In this document: piece by piece, positions 13,053 through 26,071 of the stretch | Layout: each line of letters opens with the position of its first letter | How positions within the stretch are numbered: position 1 is the stretch's first letter | Assembly (NCBI GenBank): GCA_964016885.1 | Contig: OZ024740.1 | Coordinates: 201,252,001 to 201,316,000, forward strand | Reading direction: 5' to 3' | Origin: Eledone cirrhosa | Taxonomy: Eukaryota | DNA: 64,000 nt | Position numbers and translations under genes: made by a program | The notes under the pieces: generated by a model | What the model was told of the DNA's origin: nothing | Database searches by the model: none | Seen by the model: the letters and a program-made list of their open reading frames with translations, nothing else

Positions 13053-13293
13053 ATTTTTATTATTATTATTATTATTATTAAATGCCATGGTTGACGGAGG
13101 CTCGGCTCTGTAAGGTATAGTAATTTTTAACCGTTAAAACAATTGTAAATTGTTTAAAACTTGAACCAAATTGTTGATAAAGACACCCTCCTCCTCGCGA
13201 GAGGGGTCTTTCTGTCCGTTATTTGGCCCTTCGGGGTTAAATAACCAGTTATTGGGGTTTTGTACCCAATATTCATTTTAAACAAAAAACAAC

Positions 13294-15396
13294 ATGGCTA
13301 CGAAAAAGAAATTTCATAGGTCACTCCCACTCATTCCGTCTTCTTCTTCCTCAATCATCACTACAGCAGAGAGAAGATTGTCTCTCTCCCTCCCTTCTTT
13401 AAATGTGTCTCTCTCCCTCCCTTCTCTTTCGCAAGTGACGAAAGAAAAGAAAAGTCTCGTGCAAAGCGTGCAAGGTTTCTCCACGACGACGACGACAGCG
13501 ACGAAACAGGTGTGCGGGAAATACGAAAACCCAGTTCATTCGTCTGACGTCAGGAATAATAGCAGTAGCAGCCGTAATAACAACAGCAACAGTGACAATG
13601 AAAACAACAGTAGCAGCCGCAACAGCATCACCAGCAGCATAAACAACAACAGCATTAGCAGCAGCAACACCAACAACAACCACAGCAACAGCGGCGGAGG
13701 CAGTAGTCGTAGTACCTGCAGCAACAACAAAAGTACCAGCAGCTCTGACGACAACAACAACAGCAGCAGCAGAGAAAAACCAATCTCATTTGCAGGTATT
13801 GCGAAAAACTTGGAAACAATCCTCATAACAAATGAGGAATTAGAGGAAGCGAAGAAGATGGTGACAAAGAATGGACACCGAGCAATCTGCAAGGCAGCGG
13901 AAAAATTTTTCGAAACCCAAGAGCACTGTACGGTCACGTACCGTACAGTAAGTACAAAATCCCGTAGGGTGGAAAGAGCCACAGAGGCCCAAATACAAAA
14001 AGCCTTGGGGTCTGTGTGGCAGCGGAAAACGCACATCAGCCGAGGCAAAAAATATGCCACCGTAGACGTACTTTTTGCCACACCCCAGGAGGCAAAGGCC
14101 CAATCAGTAGTGACCCTAAGGAGCGAGGAAATGGTGTTGGTGCCCTCCTACTGCGGGCAAAAAATTGTGAGGGTCAAACTGACCCACGTCCCCCCCGGGA
14201 TGGCCCCTTCTTGGCTGGCCGCGTCTGTCCTCGTCGGAATCGAGGACAAAACAACTGTACTGCAAGTACAGAAAAAAGTAAGAGAAGATTGGGTAGGCAC
14301 CTCCATTGAGATGCTAATCCAAACCAACCAGGAGTGCATCGAAGCTATCCCGGATGTGATAGACTTCGATAACGGCACTCAACTGCCCATAAGTGTTGAG
14401 GGCAAACGCCCGAAATGCTTTCGCTGTGGATCGAAGACTCACCTCAGGGCCTTCTGCAACGAGAAGACCCTGAGAAAGGAGAAAACCCCCCTCCTTCCGA
14501 ATCCGGCTCCACGGCTACCAGCAACAGGACAAGCGGCAACCAGGAACGATAGGTCCGTGGCACCCATACCCACTCCACGGAAATCAAAAACAGCAGCAGC
14601 AGTGGAAATATTAACAACAACAACAGCAATACCAAATGCAGCTGCAACAGAGACTCCAGTGCAAACATCACCAACAACAACAAGTGAAAGAGTGGAGCTG
14701 GTACCCCTCCCCGACCTCACAGAATCAGACATGGAGTGTGAGGTGGGAGAGGGATGGCAAAAGGTCGTAAGAAGGCACAAACGCAGAAGCAGCGCATCGT
14801 CGATTTTGAAAAGGGGGGAAAGAAATGAGAAAAGGGTAAAGTCTACTGCAAAGAGACCCACAGCAGCAACACCACCAACACCATCACCACCCACACTAGC
14901 ACCACCATCACCACCGGCGACAACCCCACCGCCTACAACACCTTCAACACCACCACCACAAGCACCAACATCGCAAACACAACAACAAAACACACACACC
15001 CAGCAACAACGACAAGAAAATAGCAGAACCACACCCCACCCCCAGAAAAACAAATGCACGGCAATAAATACACACAACAAGAAACTAATGACTTACATAA
15101 TTGAACACACAGACATTTCACAACAGGACTACATAAAACCAGCACCAATCAAAACGCCAACTAACATAAGACTGCTAAAAATAGCACAGAAACAATACAC
15201 AAACATTAAAACGAAATTCCCCAACGCAGTTGGTGATTTCAGGGACCTAGGAGGAACCATCAATCGAAGAGTATATTCAGACATTCTCTTAGAAGAGCCG
15301 ACGACCAGCCGAAGGGACGATTCAACGGTCCCTTCACCAGACGATCAAGTGAAAAGGGATGTAAAAACCATCCCTCCTCTACCAAAAGTACGGTAA
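13294..15396 (+). CDS. LINE ORF1 (gag-like nucleic-acid-binding protein with CCHC zinc knuckle)
   Basis: 700-aa open frame; CFRCGSKTHLRAFC knuckle; low-complexity S/N and P/T tracts; directly upstream of ORF2. Confidence 0.85.
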   Translation: MATKKKFHRSLPLIPSSSSSIITTAERRLSLSLPSLNVSLSLPSLSQVTKEKKSLVQSVQGFSTTTTTATKQVCGKYENPVHSSDVRNNSSSSRNNNSNSDNENNSSSRNSITSSINNNSISSSNTNNNHSNSGGGSSRSTCSNNKSTSSSDDNNNSSSREKPISFAGIAKNLETILITNEELEEAKKMVTKNGHRAICKAAEKFFETQEHCTVTYRTVSTKSRRVERATEAQIQKALGSVWQRKTHISRGKKYATVDVLFATPQEAKAQSVVTLRSEEMVLVPSYCGQKIVRVKLTHVPPGMAPSWLAASVLVGIEDKTTVLQVQKKVREDWVGTSIEMLIQTNQECIEAIPDVIDFDNGTQLPISVEGKRPKCFRCGSKTHLRAFCNEKTLRKEKTPLLPNPAPRLPATGQAATRNDRSVAPIPTPRKSKTAAAVEILTTTTAIPNAAATETPVQTSPTTTSERVELVPLPDLTESDMECEVGEGWQKVVRRHKRRSSASSILKRGERNEKRVKSTAKRPTAATPPTPSPPTLAPPSPPATTPPPTTPSTPPPQAPTSQTQQQNTHTQQQRQENSRTTPHPQKNKCTAINTHNKKLMTYIIEHTDISQQDYIKPAPIKTPTNIRLLKIAQKQYTNIKTKFPNAVGDFRDLGGTINRRVYSDILLEEPTTSRRDDSTVPSPDDQVKRDVKTIPPLPKVR

Positions 15397-15431
15397 GTGG
15401 TCTTTCCCATCTTTTCCACTCTATTTTAAAC

Positions 15432-18136
15432 ATGACCTCACTCAGAATAGGCAGCATAAATGCGCGTGGCTTGGGGTCGTCATGGAAGCAGGGTCACCTG
15501 CTCAACGACCTCGGGTCACTAAACATAGATGTAGTGGCCATCAGCGAGACCAGAATCTCCGAAGCACGGGCCTTCGCACCGATCTTCGGCGGCTACGATG
15601 TGTACACATCTCCCAGCCGTCCTGGATCGGGTGGAGGAGTTGCTGTGCTTTTTCGGAGAGGTTTGGATCTCGCCATACGGGCCATCTTCCTGGACCCAGA
15701 GGGTAAGCTGGTGGTGCTGGACGTGACCAGCGGAGACGGGCAAGCTTTCAGGCTAGTGGCCGTCTATGCCCCGACAGGAGCAGGGCGGCCTGATTTCTTC
15801 CGGCGTCTGGAGACCTTTCTTGGAACGTCCCGCTCTTTAGTGTTAGTGGGCGACTGGAACGGGATCTTAGATGCACGCTGGGACTGTGTAGGATTGGCGG
15901 ATAGGGGTGGAGGGTGCAAGAGCCTCACCAACCTGCTCAGGCGTTTTGAACTGTCTGACAGGTACCGATTGGATTTCCCGAATGTGCCAATGTGGACTTG
16001 GACAAACCGCATAGGGTCATCCAGATCATATCTAGATAGAGTATTTTGTAGGGAAATAGATAGGTCTAGCATAGGCTGTCCACAATTCAAGATAGTCAGC
16101 TACACGGACCACAAATTCGTGATCTGTTTGGATGGTCTGCCCTATGAACTTTACGTACAGATGCCAGACTTGTTCGGAGGCCTCTTGGCGGACGTCTACT
16201 GCAACTGGCAACAGAACGGGAGAATTCCCAGTTCTGTGAGCCGAGGAGCGGTGGCACTGCTGAGAAAGGATCCGAACAAGGGGGATAACATAGAAAATTT
16301 CCGGCCCATAACTCTGCTAAACACAGAGTTCAAGATTTTGGCCAAGGTGCTAGCAAAGAGGTTGGCGCTTGTCGTTGGTGGTCTGGTGGGAGAGGCGCAG
16401 ACATGCGCCATTCCCGACAGATCCATCCACGACAACCTCCACCTCATGCGATACATCATAGAGAGGGTAGCTAAGGAACCTGGCACGGGTGGGTCCTTGA
16501 TCAATTTAGATCAGTCGAAAGCTTTCGATAGGGTCGACCATCGTTACCTAGCGGCAGTCCCGAGGGCGGCTGGCTTTGGGCCCGTCTTCAGAGGCTGGAT
16601 CGCTGCCATGCACAGCGACATCTGCTCTGTGGTGAGAGTGAACGGTCACCTGTCGGAACCGTTCAACATCATGCGCTCGGTCCGCCAAGGATGTCCCCTC
16701 TCGTCCCTCTTGTACGTATTGACTCTCGAGCCATTACTGCACAAACTGGAGACGTTGAGGGGAGTCCCGCGCGAACTAGGATGCGGAAGATCCGTGTCAG
16801 CATATGCGGACGATGTCACCGTAGTGGTGTCGAACGCCAAACACATCGAGGCGATCGGCACTACACTAAGAGAATACGAAGCGGTGACAGGAGCAATGAT
16901 CAACCAGGAAAAGTCACTGGGCCTGCAGCTCGGCACCTGGAGAGGCAGGTCCATGCCGTCCAACAGCGTCGTCGGACGCTGGACGGATGGACCGGTTAAA
17001 TTGCTAGGGGTCTGGTTCGGTCCGGACCTCCAGACGGACAAAAACTGGGACGAGGTGACGAGCAGGGTGGCTTCTCTCACCCAGAAATGGGCGGAGAGGA
17101 AGCTATCCCTGAAAGGTCGGGCGGAGGTGGCTAACGCGTACATCGCGTCTGTCATCTGCTACCGCCTGACCGTCGTACCTTGTCCTAAGCCTCGCCTGAC
17201 TGCGCTGGAGCGTTTGCTCTTTCGCTTTTTGTGGAAGGGACGTGCTCCGATGGTCAGGCGGTCCATCTGTTGTCAACACCCGCTACGTGGAGGGCTGGGC
17301 ATGCCGTGGCTGATGATGCGCAGGCACGCGCTCAGGCTACGACATCTCCACCTCTTCCTCGACGGTGATCAGGTGTGGTCGCCGTTTGCTAGACGCGTTT
17401 TTCCCCAGCTCGTTTCCTTGACGGAGCTGCAGTCCTGGGTCAAGCGAAGACCGAAAGGGAGCGCCTAGAGACTGGAATGTCTTCAGGCGCTCACAGCCCT
17501 CGACCAATCGGGCAATGTGATCGGTGGAAACTCCACCTCGGCGTTCTATAGAGGATTAGTGGAGGGGAAGAGCGACGACGTACTTGGGGAAACTCTAGGC
17601 GTCGACGAAAATCAACTAGCCAATCTCTTGGGAAGAACTTTCGGGCCAGGGCCTATGGACAACTTCCAGAAATCTCTGGCCTGGCAGTGCTACCGAGGAG
17701 CCTTGCCAGTTCGGGATAAACTCTACAGGCATGGAGGTGCCGTCAGCCGGGCATGTCCGAGATGCGCGCAGGGCGACGAAACCGTCCTGCACGCACTCGT
17801 CCAGTGTCCGAAAATTGCTGACTTGTGGGTTTATGTCGAACACCTGCTGTCGCGTTTAGGACGGATCCGGCTATCATCTGAGTCCATCGTGAGGATTGCC
17901 CCGCCCTCCTCCTTTAGCCGGGAAGGGCAGGCAGTTTTTATCTGCCTGGTGGCCATGGTGAAAGAGATAGTATGGTGGACACGTTTGATGCTCTGATTGA
18001 CTTTTTCAAATTTCATTTGAAAAGGAAAATCAGAGTAGAGAGGGAAGTGCTCTCTTCCCAGCATTTTGTTGAAAGATGGGTGAGAGAAGCAAGAATGGCC
18101 CGAGTGAATGGGCCTACTCTGAGTATATATCTGTAA
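15432..18136 (+). pseudogene. LINE ORF2: APE endonuclease + reverse transcriptase, with internal deletion, stop at 17466 and later disruption
   Basis: SINARGL, ISET, VYAP, GDWN, YLDR, TDH (APE); FRPITLLN, DQSKAFD, VRQGCPLS, AYADD (RT); continuation 17517-18136 with CPRC...HALVQC. Confidence 0.9.
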
Positions 18137-18395
18137 ATTAAAGGTGGAAAACTGGGAGAGGGCACTTGCCTTGGTGGTCAGGGTCATTGTGGCTTTTTAC
18201 TGGGCTTTCTCCACAAATGTCCCTCCGAAGTCTCCCCCCTATTGGGTAATTTTTCATTGTTATTTTCATTGTTATTTTTGTTACATCCTCTGTTTTTGTT
18301 TTTTACACGCAGAAATGCCCATTTGTACCGTCCTGCATTGTCCTGCACTGTCCTTAATGTCTACTTTATGTAAACCCTTGTGGTTAATAAAGAAA

Positions 18396-18448
<53 letters not shown>

Positions 18449-18579
18449 GAGGTACTACTAATCTAGGAAGCTACTCATTAATATTGATTATTTCAAAGAT
18501 CTTCACTATAAAATTCTTTAGAAATGAGAAAGCAATAAAAATGACAGAGTTAAAAGTATATCGATTATACAAGAACTAG

Positions 18580-19330
18580 CGTTGTTGTTGTTGTTGTTGT
18601 TGTTGCTGCTGCTGTTGTGGTTGTTGTTGATGATGATGGTGGCCGTGGTGGTGGTGATGGAGGTTGTGCCGGTGGCAGCGGTGGTAGTGCTTGTGGTGAT
18701 AGGGGTAGTGATACTGGTGGTGGTGTTAATGCTGTTGTTGTTGTTGTTGGTGGTGGTGTTGATGTTGTTGTTGGTAGTGGTGGTGGTGGTGGTGGTGGTG
18801 TTGGTGGTGGTGGTCGTGGTATTATATATATATATTGTTGCTATTAAAGTTGTTAACATAGTTATTGTTAGTGCTGTTAATGTTGTTGTTCTTGTTCATG
18901 TAGTTGTTTTTAATGCAGTTGTAGCTATTATCATTGTTGTTGTTTTAAGTGATTTTATTGTTGTTGTTACTGCTGCTGTTGGTGCTGTTATTGTTGTTAA
19001 TGATGATGATAATGATGATGATAATGATGATGATAATGAGGAGGAGGAGGAGGAGGAGGAGGAGGAGGAGGAAGAGGAGGAGGAGGATCATGATGATGAT
19101 GATGATGATGATGATGATATTGTAGATGTTTATGATGACGTCATTGCTGTTTAGGGCCGTTGATGTTCTAACACTATTTCTGCTGCTGTTAATATCGTTG
19201 TTGTTGATGTTTTGGGAATGTTATTACTATTTTTTCTATTATTGTTGTTGGTGTCAATGTTAGTGTCTTTATTGCTTTTGTTGATGTTATTTTTGTTGTT
19301 GTTATTATTAATGATATTGTTATTGCTGTC
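18580..19330. repeat. Low-complexity (GTT/GGT/GAT/GAG)n region
   Basis: Directly visible. Confidence 0.9.
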
Positions 19331-19719
19331 GGGTATCTTATGTAAGTTCTAGTAATCAATAACAGGAGCCATTTTCTTTTTTTCTCGCTCTCTGTTTAGA
19401 ATATAACAGTCCAGAGATAAGAGTGTCCATCATTAAACCATTTTTGTCCAGCCTGGTTTTGTGCCTCTCTTCTTTACTTTCAAGTTCGTCCCTTTCAATG
19501 TTGCTGCACAGTAGCATTGAATTTAAAATATTTTTGCTCAAAGTATCAAACGTTTCGCTCCAGTATTTGAGAAAAGTTAGAGGAGACGTTGGTACAAACA
19601 CAAACGAGACTGCTAAGCAAATAACGTTTGTTGTCATCCATTTTAAAAGAGAGACTGTTGAGCCCATATTAACCTATTTTATAGACTCAGTTTCACAAAT
19701 ATTTAAAATTTGATAATAA

Positions 19720-20090
19720 TTTGAAACAGCTCCCTTTCCCATTCCTTTCTCTCCATTATCATTCTTATCGAAACTGGTCTTGTAACTTCTCTGACCCCTA
19801 TTCATGTGTTCTTCGATGTTGTCTCTCTATCTCCTTATCTACTTCCTCTTCCTTCTTCCTCCCTCTCGTGGAATCCATTCCGATGTTCTTTTCGCCAAAC
19901 TATTGTCCTCTGTTCTAGCTAAATAATTTACTCTCTTCCATATTGTTTTTACTATTTCCTGAAGTAAATCTCTACCGTCTTTCACGTTTGTTATCTCGTC
20001 ACGCCTAATTCTATATTTCAACCTAATATTCAACATCCTTTTTTTCAAAGCATATTTCATTTTTCTGGCTTTCTTTTTATTCACTCATTT
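19720..20090 (-). mobile_element. Decayed RTE-like LINE 3' fragment
   Basis: KRMLNIRLKYRIR...W..VNYLARTEDNSLAKRTSEWIPREG.R.R resembles the C-terminal W.GH.AR..D....K...EW.P...R motif of RTE-clade ORFs. Confidence 0.55.
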
Positions 20091-21329
20091 CTAAATTAGA
20101 CACAGTAATAACTACACAGTTATGTAATAAATGCATCATACTTCACTGCTCGCACACTTCCACTAGACACTTTGACATTCAGCGATTAAACCTATAAGCA
20201 AAAATACAGCAGTCATGTCACACTCAGTCCCTAATTTCAAATATTGTACTAAGACCATGCTGAAGCAACACCATCAAGGGGATTTTCTCATTTATATTAA
20301 ACCTCAATGGGAGCAACGAATGGTGGGTGGCGATTCCCATATCTCTCATATACCATGTACATATACAATGTGTGTGTCTGTATGCATGTGTGTGTATGTA
20401 TACGACGAGCTTCCACACAGTTTCCATCTACAAACATTTACTGACAAGACATTGACACATGAAAGGTTATAGTAGAAGATATATGCACAGAGGTCTACGC
20501 AGATGGACAAACCTTAAAACCATATGATTGCAACGTCAGTCTGTGGTAAAAGTCACCTGCACAAGGTACCATGCCTTGAGATAAACCCCTATGAACAGAT
20601 CGTTGAGGTTATTTTAATTTTTTAATATGATGCATTCATAGTGCTGTTTTATACTTTTCAAGATGTTCTGGCTAATACAGTTTCATATAGTACAAGACGT
20701 TAAAAAATAACTTAAATAATGGTTTCTGGTTTAAGGACAAGACCAACAATTTGTGGGGAGGGAAAAGTCGATTAAATAGACCCTAGTGCGTTACTGGTCC
20801 TTTATATTAACGACTTTGTAAGGATGAATGAAAAGCTGTATTTTTAAACTCCACCTGTAATAGTTTTATTATTCCTTTAAGAAAACGCTTTTTAAAATCA
20901 TATTTTGAACATCTCATGTAGTCTGAAATCATAAGAGACATGATGAAGTTACCATCAAGCCTTCCCCGCGAGTAATTTTACATTTATTTCATCTTATCTG
21001 CTGATAATCTAAAGACGATTTCAAGTTACCAGGGGGGAAGGTGAGGCAAGGATTATCTGAAATAGCAACATTGGGATTCCATGAGTAGGATGCCAACTTC
21101 TTAACCCCTTAACCATATTTATGTCCCCCATCAACACCGGCTGACCACTGACTACTAGCACACAAACACGTTGTTGTTTCGTTCTACTTCCTTTATCGTT
21201 GCAATTATGGCCTACATATATAAAATTGCTATAACTATCACTTCTAAACTAACTATAAAGACGGGATGGTTACGACTGGAATAACTTTCATAATAGGCCT
21301 AGTCTTACAAAGCTGACAGGGTGGCTACA

Positions 21330-21348
21330 CAGCAGCAACAACAACAAT

Positions 21349-21385
<37 letters not shown>

Positions 21386-21435
21386 GCGGCTGTTGCTGCT
21401 GCAGCTACTACTGCTACTACTACTACTACTACTAC

Positions 21436-21481
<46 letters not shown>

Positions 21482-21490
21482 ACGATTACT
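21330..21490. repeat. (CTA)n/(CTG)n repeats
   Basis: Directly visible. Confidence 0.9.
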
Positions 21491-22036
21491 ATCATTACAA
21501 AATAACAAGAATGACAAACAAAGTAGTAAACCAACATTTAGCTACAGACTTTTATCAATTTATCTAGAACAAGATATTTCCTTATATTTCGGCTGTCTTG
21601 TGACTTCTCTTCCAGATTTTCTTTCATCTCAATCAGTGGACGATGACTCTCAGTAAAAATAACACAGAAATAATTATCCTTCAACTGAGCGACCATTATC
21701 ACGTGACTGTGCAATGGAATTTGATTGAGTCACTCAACATATGTTTCGATAGTGATCAATGAAATAATATTTTTTTTAATCAAATGTCACATTTTAATAC
21801 CCATGTATCAATTAATCGATAATTTTACTACTGCGCTACATTAATTTCTAATCACTTATAGAAATAACTATTATGTATATATGCGTGTGTTTTCAAACAT
21901 ATATATATATATGTATGTGAGTGTGTGTGTATTGATGGGGGACAGCCATGTGACTGTCTGTTGTTGAAGGACTTAGTAAAAATATGAGAAAAACTTAATA
22001 CAAAATTTGAAACTCGAACGTAGTTGTGTGTTTAAA

Positions 22037-22087
<51 letters not shown>

Positions 22088-22583
22088 GCATACATACGTA
22101 TGTGTGTATATGTATATGTGCGTGTGAGTGTGTATTTGTGTGTTTTGTGTGTGTGTGCGTTTGTGTGTGTGTATGTGTTTGTGTGTGTGTGTGTGTAAGA
22201 AATCAATAAACACTGTAGTGTTTATTTATTCATTCAAAATTGATACTTTAGTCGGTCACTAGTTAGGATTTTTCTGTTCGTGTGATTTTAGGGTAACAAA
22301 AAAGATTTAAAGTGTGAATATACGTGTCAACGACACAGCCTGCTTATAGAATTAACTTGCAAATGCTTGAATATTCCACAGACCCATGTACATATAATGA
22401 AAACCCAGGACCTTATTGTTGCTATGCGATCTTTTAAACCATATTCCATAGCCTTCGTTAACCCTGCTTAAAGAAACATCAGTTGGGAACTATAAATCTA
22501 GGAAGGAAGATGTATTCAGCAAGATTAAAATTTACACAACGATTTAAACAAAGCAATATATAGAAAATTCTCTTGGAATTTAC

Positions 22584-22724
22584 TTGTATATCGCTCTCTG
22601 ATTGATCGACAAGATCCCAGACTTCCTTCGCTTGCCGAGTGGGGTGGACCTCGTCAAATTGGACCAAGGAAACAATGTTTCCATTGATATTTACATTGCT
22701 GATATTATTTACCGCTCGCAACTC
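22584..22724 (-). CDS. Candidate internal exon of an unidentified host gene
   Basis: Pyrimidine-rich acceptor gctctttctgccAG, donor CAA|GTaaat, 141 nt = 47 open codons (ELRAVNNISNVNINGNIVSLVQFDEVHPTRQAKEVWDLVDQSESDIQ), non-repetitive sequence. Confidence 0.35.
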
Positions 22725-23754
22725 CTGGCAGAAAGAGCAACGTGAAATGAAGTGTCTTGCTCAAGGACACAACACATTTGCTCAGTGAATGCCACGCTCA
22801 TGAGTATCTAGACGTGAAACAAACTTTATCTATTATTTTGATTTATAAACACCTTATTCAGGAATCTGATAAGTCTGTGTTGATGTATAAAATCACGTAG
22901 AAGCCCTTGTGAATTAACAACTTCACACACTGAAGCATTTAAAGGAACTTCTCTGTGATAATGATCTCTCTGGTGATTAATTAAACTGTATATACTTCTG
23001 ATAAAGCTATTTTCTGAACTGAAATCCTAATCAATACTACCATCGTTTTCACATCACAGAAGGTCGTTAATACCGAAATAATGATTGATCTTCCGTTGAT
23101 TTCGACGATGAACATTTAGTTGTCCGACCAACACAACATTCAAGTCATATATCAATTTTTAAATAGTTGAATATTATACAGTCACGAGAGAGAATCAGTG
23201 TGACGCAGTTGGTAATAAGATTGGCTATTTGAGTTATATTTAGATTGCAAACTATAAACAAAATCTTTGAGTAAATAGAGGTTACGAAAATATTCAACAA
23301 CAGAACCTCCTAACTGCTTTACAGCTTCCTTTGCTTCCTATTTTTTCTTTATCTTTTTTAATGCTTATTTTGCCTCCAATTGGCCTTCCCTATTTTATTT
23401 TTAATTTTATTTCTATTTTATTTTATTTTATTTTATTGTTTTATTTATATTTTTATTATCATTTATCTCTGTATGTCCTTTTTTTTTTTTTTTGTTTCTC
23501 AACTGTACGCAGTACTAGATGCTTCCCCTATGGTTTACTAGCTCTATACGGACGTATATAAATTGATTTAAGAAATAAATAAATAAATAAATAAATAAAT
23601 ACAAATGCAATTCATCCGACTGTCTTCCACACAGTTTCCGCCTACCATATTTCCCTCTTAAATCTTGGATCAATACAATATGATCAAAGCAGCAGACCTC
23701 GTGGTTTCGAAGCAAACTTCTTAACCATTCGTTCATACCTGTTGAAATACCACA

Positions 23755-24086
23755 CCGACGGATAGAATCGGTAGCCTGTCGGAAAACATGCTTTGCAGCA
23801 TAGAGTTACGTCCCTTTACGGTTTGAGTTCAAATCCCACCGAGGTTAACTTTGCCTTTCATCCTTACGGGGTCGATAAAATAAAGTACCAGTAACGTACT
23901 GGGTTCGATTTAATCGACCCCCCCCCCCCCCCCTCCAAAAAAAAAAAAGATACTGGCCTTGTGCCTATACAAGAAATCATTATTACGGGGCTGATAAAAT
24001 AAAGTACCAGTCACGCACTGGGATCGGCTTAAATGACTTTCTCCTCTCCTAAAATGGTTGACCTTGTGCCTAAATGAGAACCCATT
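23755..24086 (+). mobile_element. (ATT)n-tailed SINE plus a tandem partial duplicate of its 3' half
   Basis: gagttcaaatccc B-box; ttgcctttcatccttacggggtcgataaaataaagtaccagt; second acggggctgataaaataaagtaccagt at ~23985. Confidence 0.85.
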
Positions 24087-24377
24087 AAAAATATCAGCAA
24101 CAATTTAGAAAGAATGTAGGTTTAAGTTCATTGATTATCTTATGTTAATTTTGAAAGATCTTAACATCAATATTTCTCGACCAACGTTTTGTGAAAAAAG
24201 GTAGTTGAAAAGACTCTCTTAATTTCATAGCTTTTAAAATAATGATTTTTTAAAAAAATATAACAAAGTTTATTATAAGACTTGGAGCGTTATTTAAAAA
24301 TTATTTAAAACGCGTTGCAAATTAAATTTCCCTTTTTTTTAAAACTTCATGAGATAGTTTATTAGCATTTTAGCTCG

Positions 24378-24411
<34 letters not shown>

Positions 24412-24532
24412 TAAAAAAATGATATGAATAGGTAAAGTAACTTGACTTTGTTGTCTTTCTTTTCATTGTTAATTTAAAATATATATATATGCATATGTAT
24501 GTATGTATGGATGGGTGGAAGTATTATTTATG

Positions 24533-24604
<72 letters not shown>

Positions 24605-25235
24605 AGTATAGTTAATATGAAGCATTGTGAGATAAGTAATAATTGATTAATAAATAGTTCAAAAAGCCGGTACAGTGCGATAGGAATACGGAAAGCTAAA
24701 GAATGACAAATAAAACAAAACAAAGTAATGTTATTTTTTACCCAGTGTATTTCACCAAAAATGTCTACGTTAATACCCTCTTTTCAAATGGAAAACAAAA
24801 ACGAACGATTTGTGTTTACTGATCCTGCATCGTTTTTCTTGTTGTCTTTGTCATCCTCTGCCCTTTATATATTTCTAGCGTTTTGTACCGGCTTTCAATC
24901 AATTATTACACACCCACACCCACACCCCACACCCCACACACACACACACGCACACACACACATACGTGTTTGTATGTATATATACTCAAAATTGAAGGCG
25001 CACAGGACAAAGACAATGGGGAAAACACCTCCTCATTCAACCTCTGGAAATCACTACAGTTTCGGTATATTAAAGTTCAACCGTTCATTCCAATGCACAT
25101 TGGGACATAACCAAACAGGTATAGACAAGTTATGCCTTTTGACAAATTACGCAAATATAGAGTGCGCAAGAGCTTAGGCAAGGAAGGAGAAAATATAGAA
25201 AGGAGAGCATTAAAAAGACATGAGAGAATAATAAT

Positions 25236-25421
25236 TGTTTCTATTTTAGGCACAAGGCCAGCAATTACCCAGTGCATTACTGGTACTTTATTTTATCGAC
25301 CCCGTAAGGATGAAAGGCAAAGTCAACCTCGGCGGGATTTGAACTCAGATCGTAAAGGGACGTAACTATGCTGGAAAGCATGGCGTCTGACTCTCTACCG
25401 ATACTGCCAATCCACCGCCCT
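25236..25421 (-). mobile_element. Full-length short variant of the (ATT)n-tailed SINE with a 17-bp target-site duplication
   Basis: A-box tggcagtatcgg, B-box gagttcaaatcc; catgagagaataataat at both 25219-25235 and 25422-25438. Confidence 0.9.
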
Positions 25422-25977
25422 CATGAGAGAATAATAATGACTGTAGTTCAAAGAGCAGACAAAGGAAAAGTCTAAGGCGTATAAAAGGTAGGAAGGGATA
25501 ATGGAGACAAATAGGTAGGGTGGTGTGATGTCTATTATAAGATGTATATATATGTATATCTCAGTAACTCATATACATAGATGTGCTTTTCGTGTTTCCC
25601 TCTTTTTCGGTATGTACTCTGCGTTTTTTTCTTTTTTTTTTCCCCTTCTGTTATATTTTTTCTCTCCTTTTTTTCCAAAAAACTTCCTATAGTTATTGAC
25701 GCACTGGAGCTAGACATATTGTCTTTAATGCGTTGAAATGTCCGTGATCTCCAGCAGACAACTGATGATGGGAATGTACCCTGTTTGTGCTTTCCTCTTA
25801 TTTTATATATGTATATATATATAAAAACTTTTCAAAGTTAACGACTGGTCGATTCCTAGTACACAACCTAAAATAAATGTAGGCGTGAGATTAATTCTGA
25901 GGCGGTCTTATTTCGGTTGTTTTACTATGAATCTACCGGTCGCTACGTTTGTAAAGGTTATTCTATATGTATACACT

Positions 25978-26071
<94 letters not shown>

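Larger units (their letters stand above)
13081..18397 (+). mobile_element. Near full-length Tx1/L1-clade LINE (family A) inserted in (ATT)n
   Basis: 5' UTR, ORF1, ORF2 (APE-RT-Cys motif) and 3' UTR with AATAAA; (TTA)n upstream (13055-13080) and (ATT)n downstream (18398-18448). Confidence 0.92.

Noticed and set aside
18582-19154. 190-aa hydrophobic/acidic ORF resembling a membrane protein
   Set aside because: Built entirely from GTT/GGT/GAT/GAG triplet repeats.
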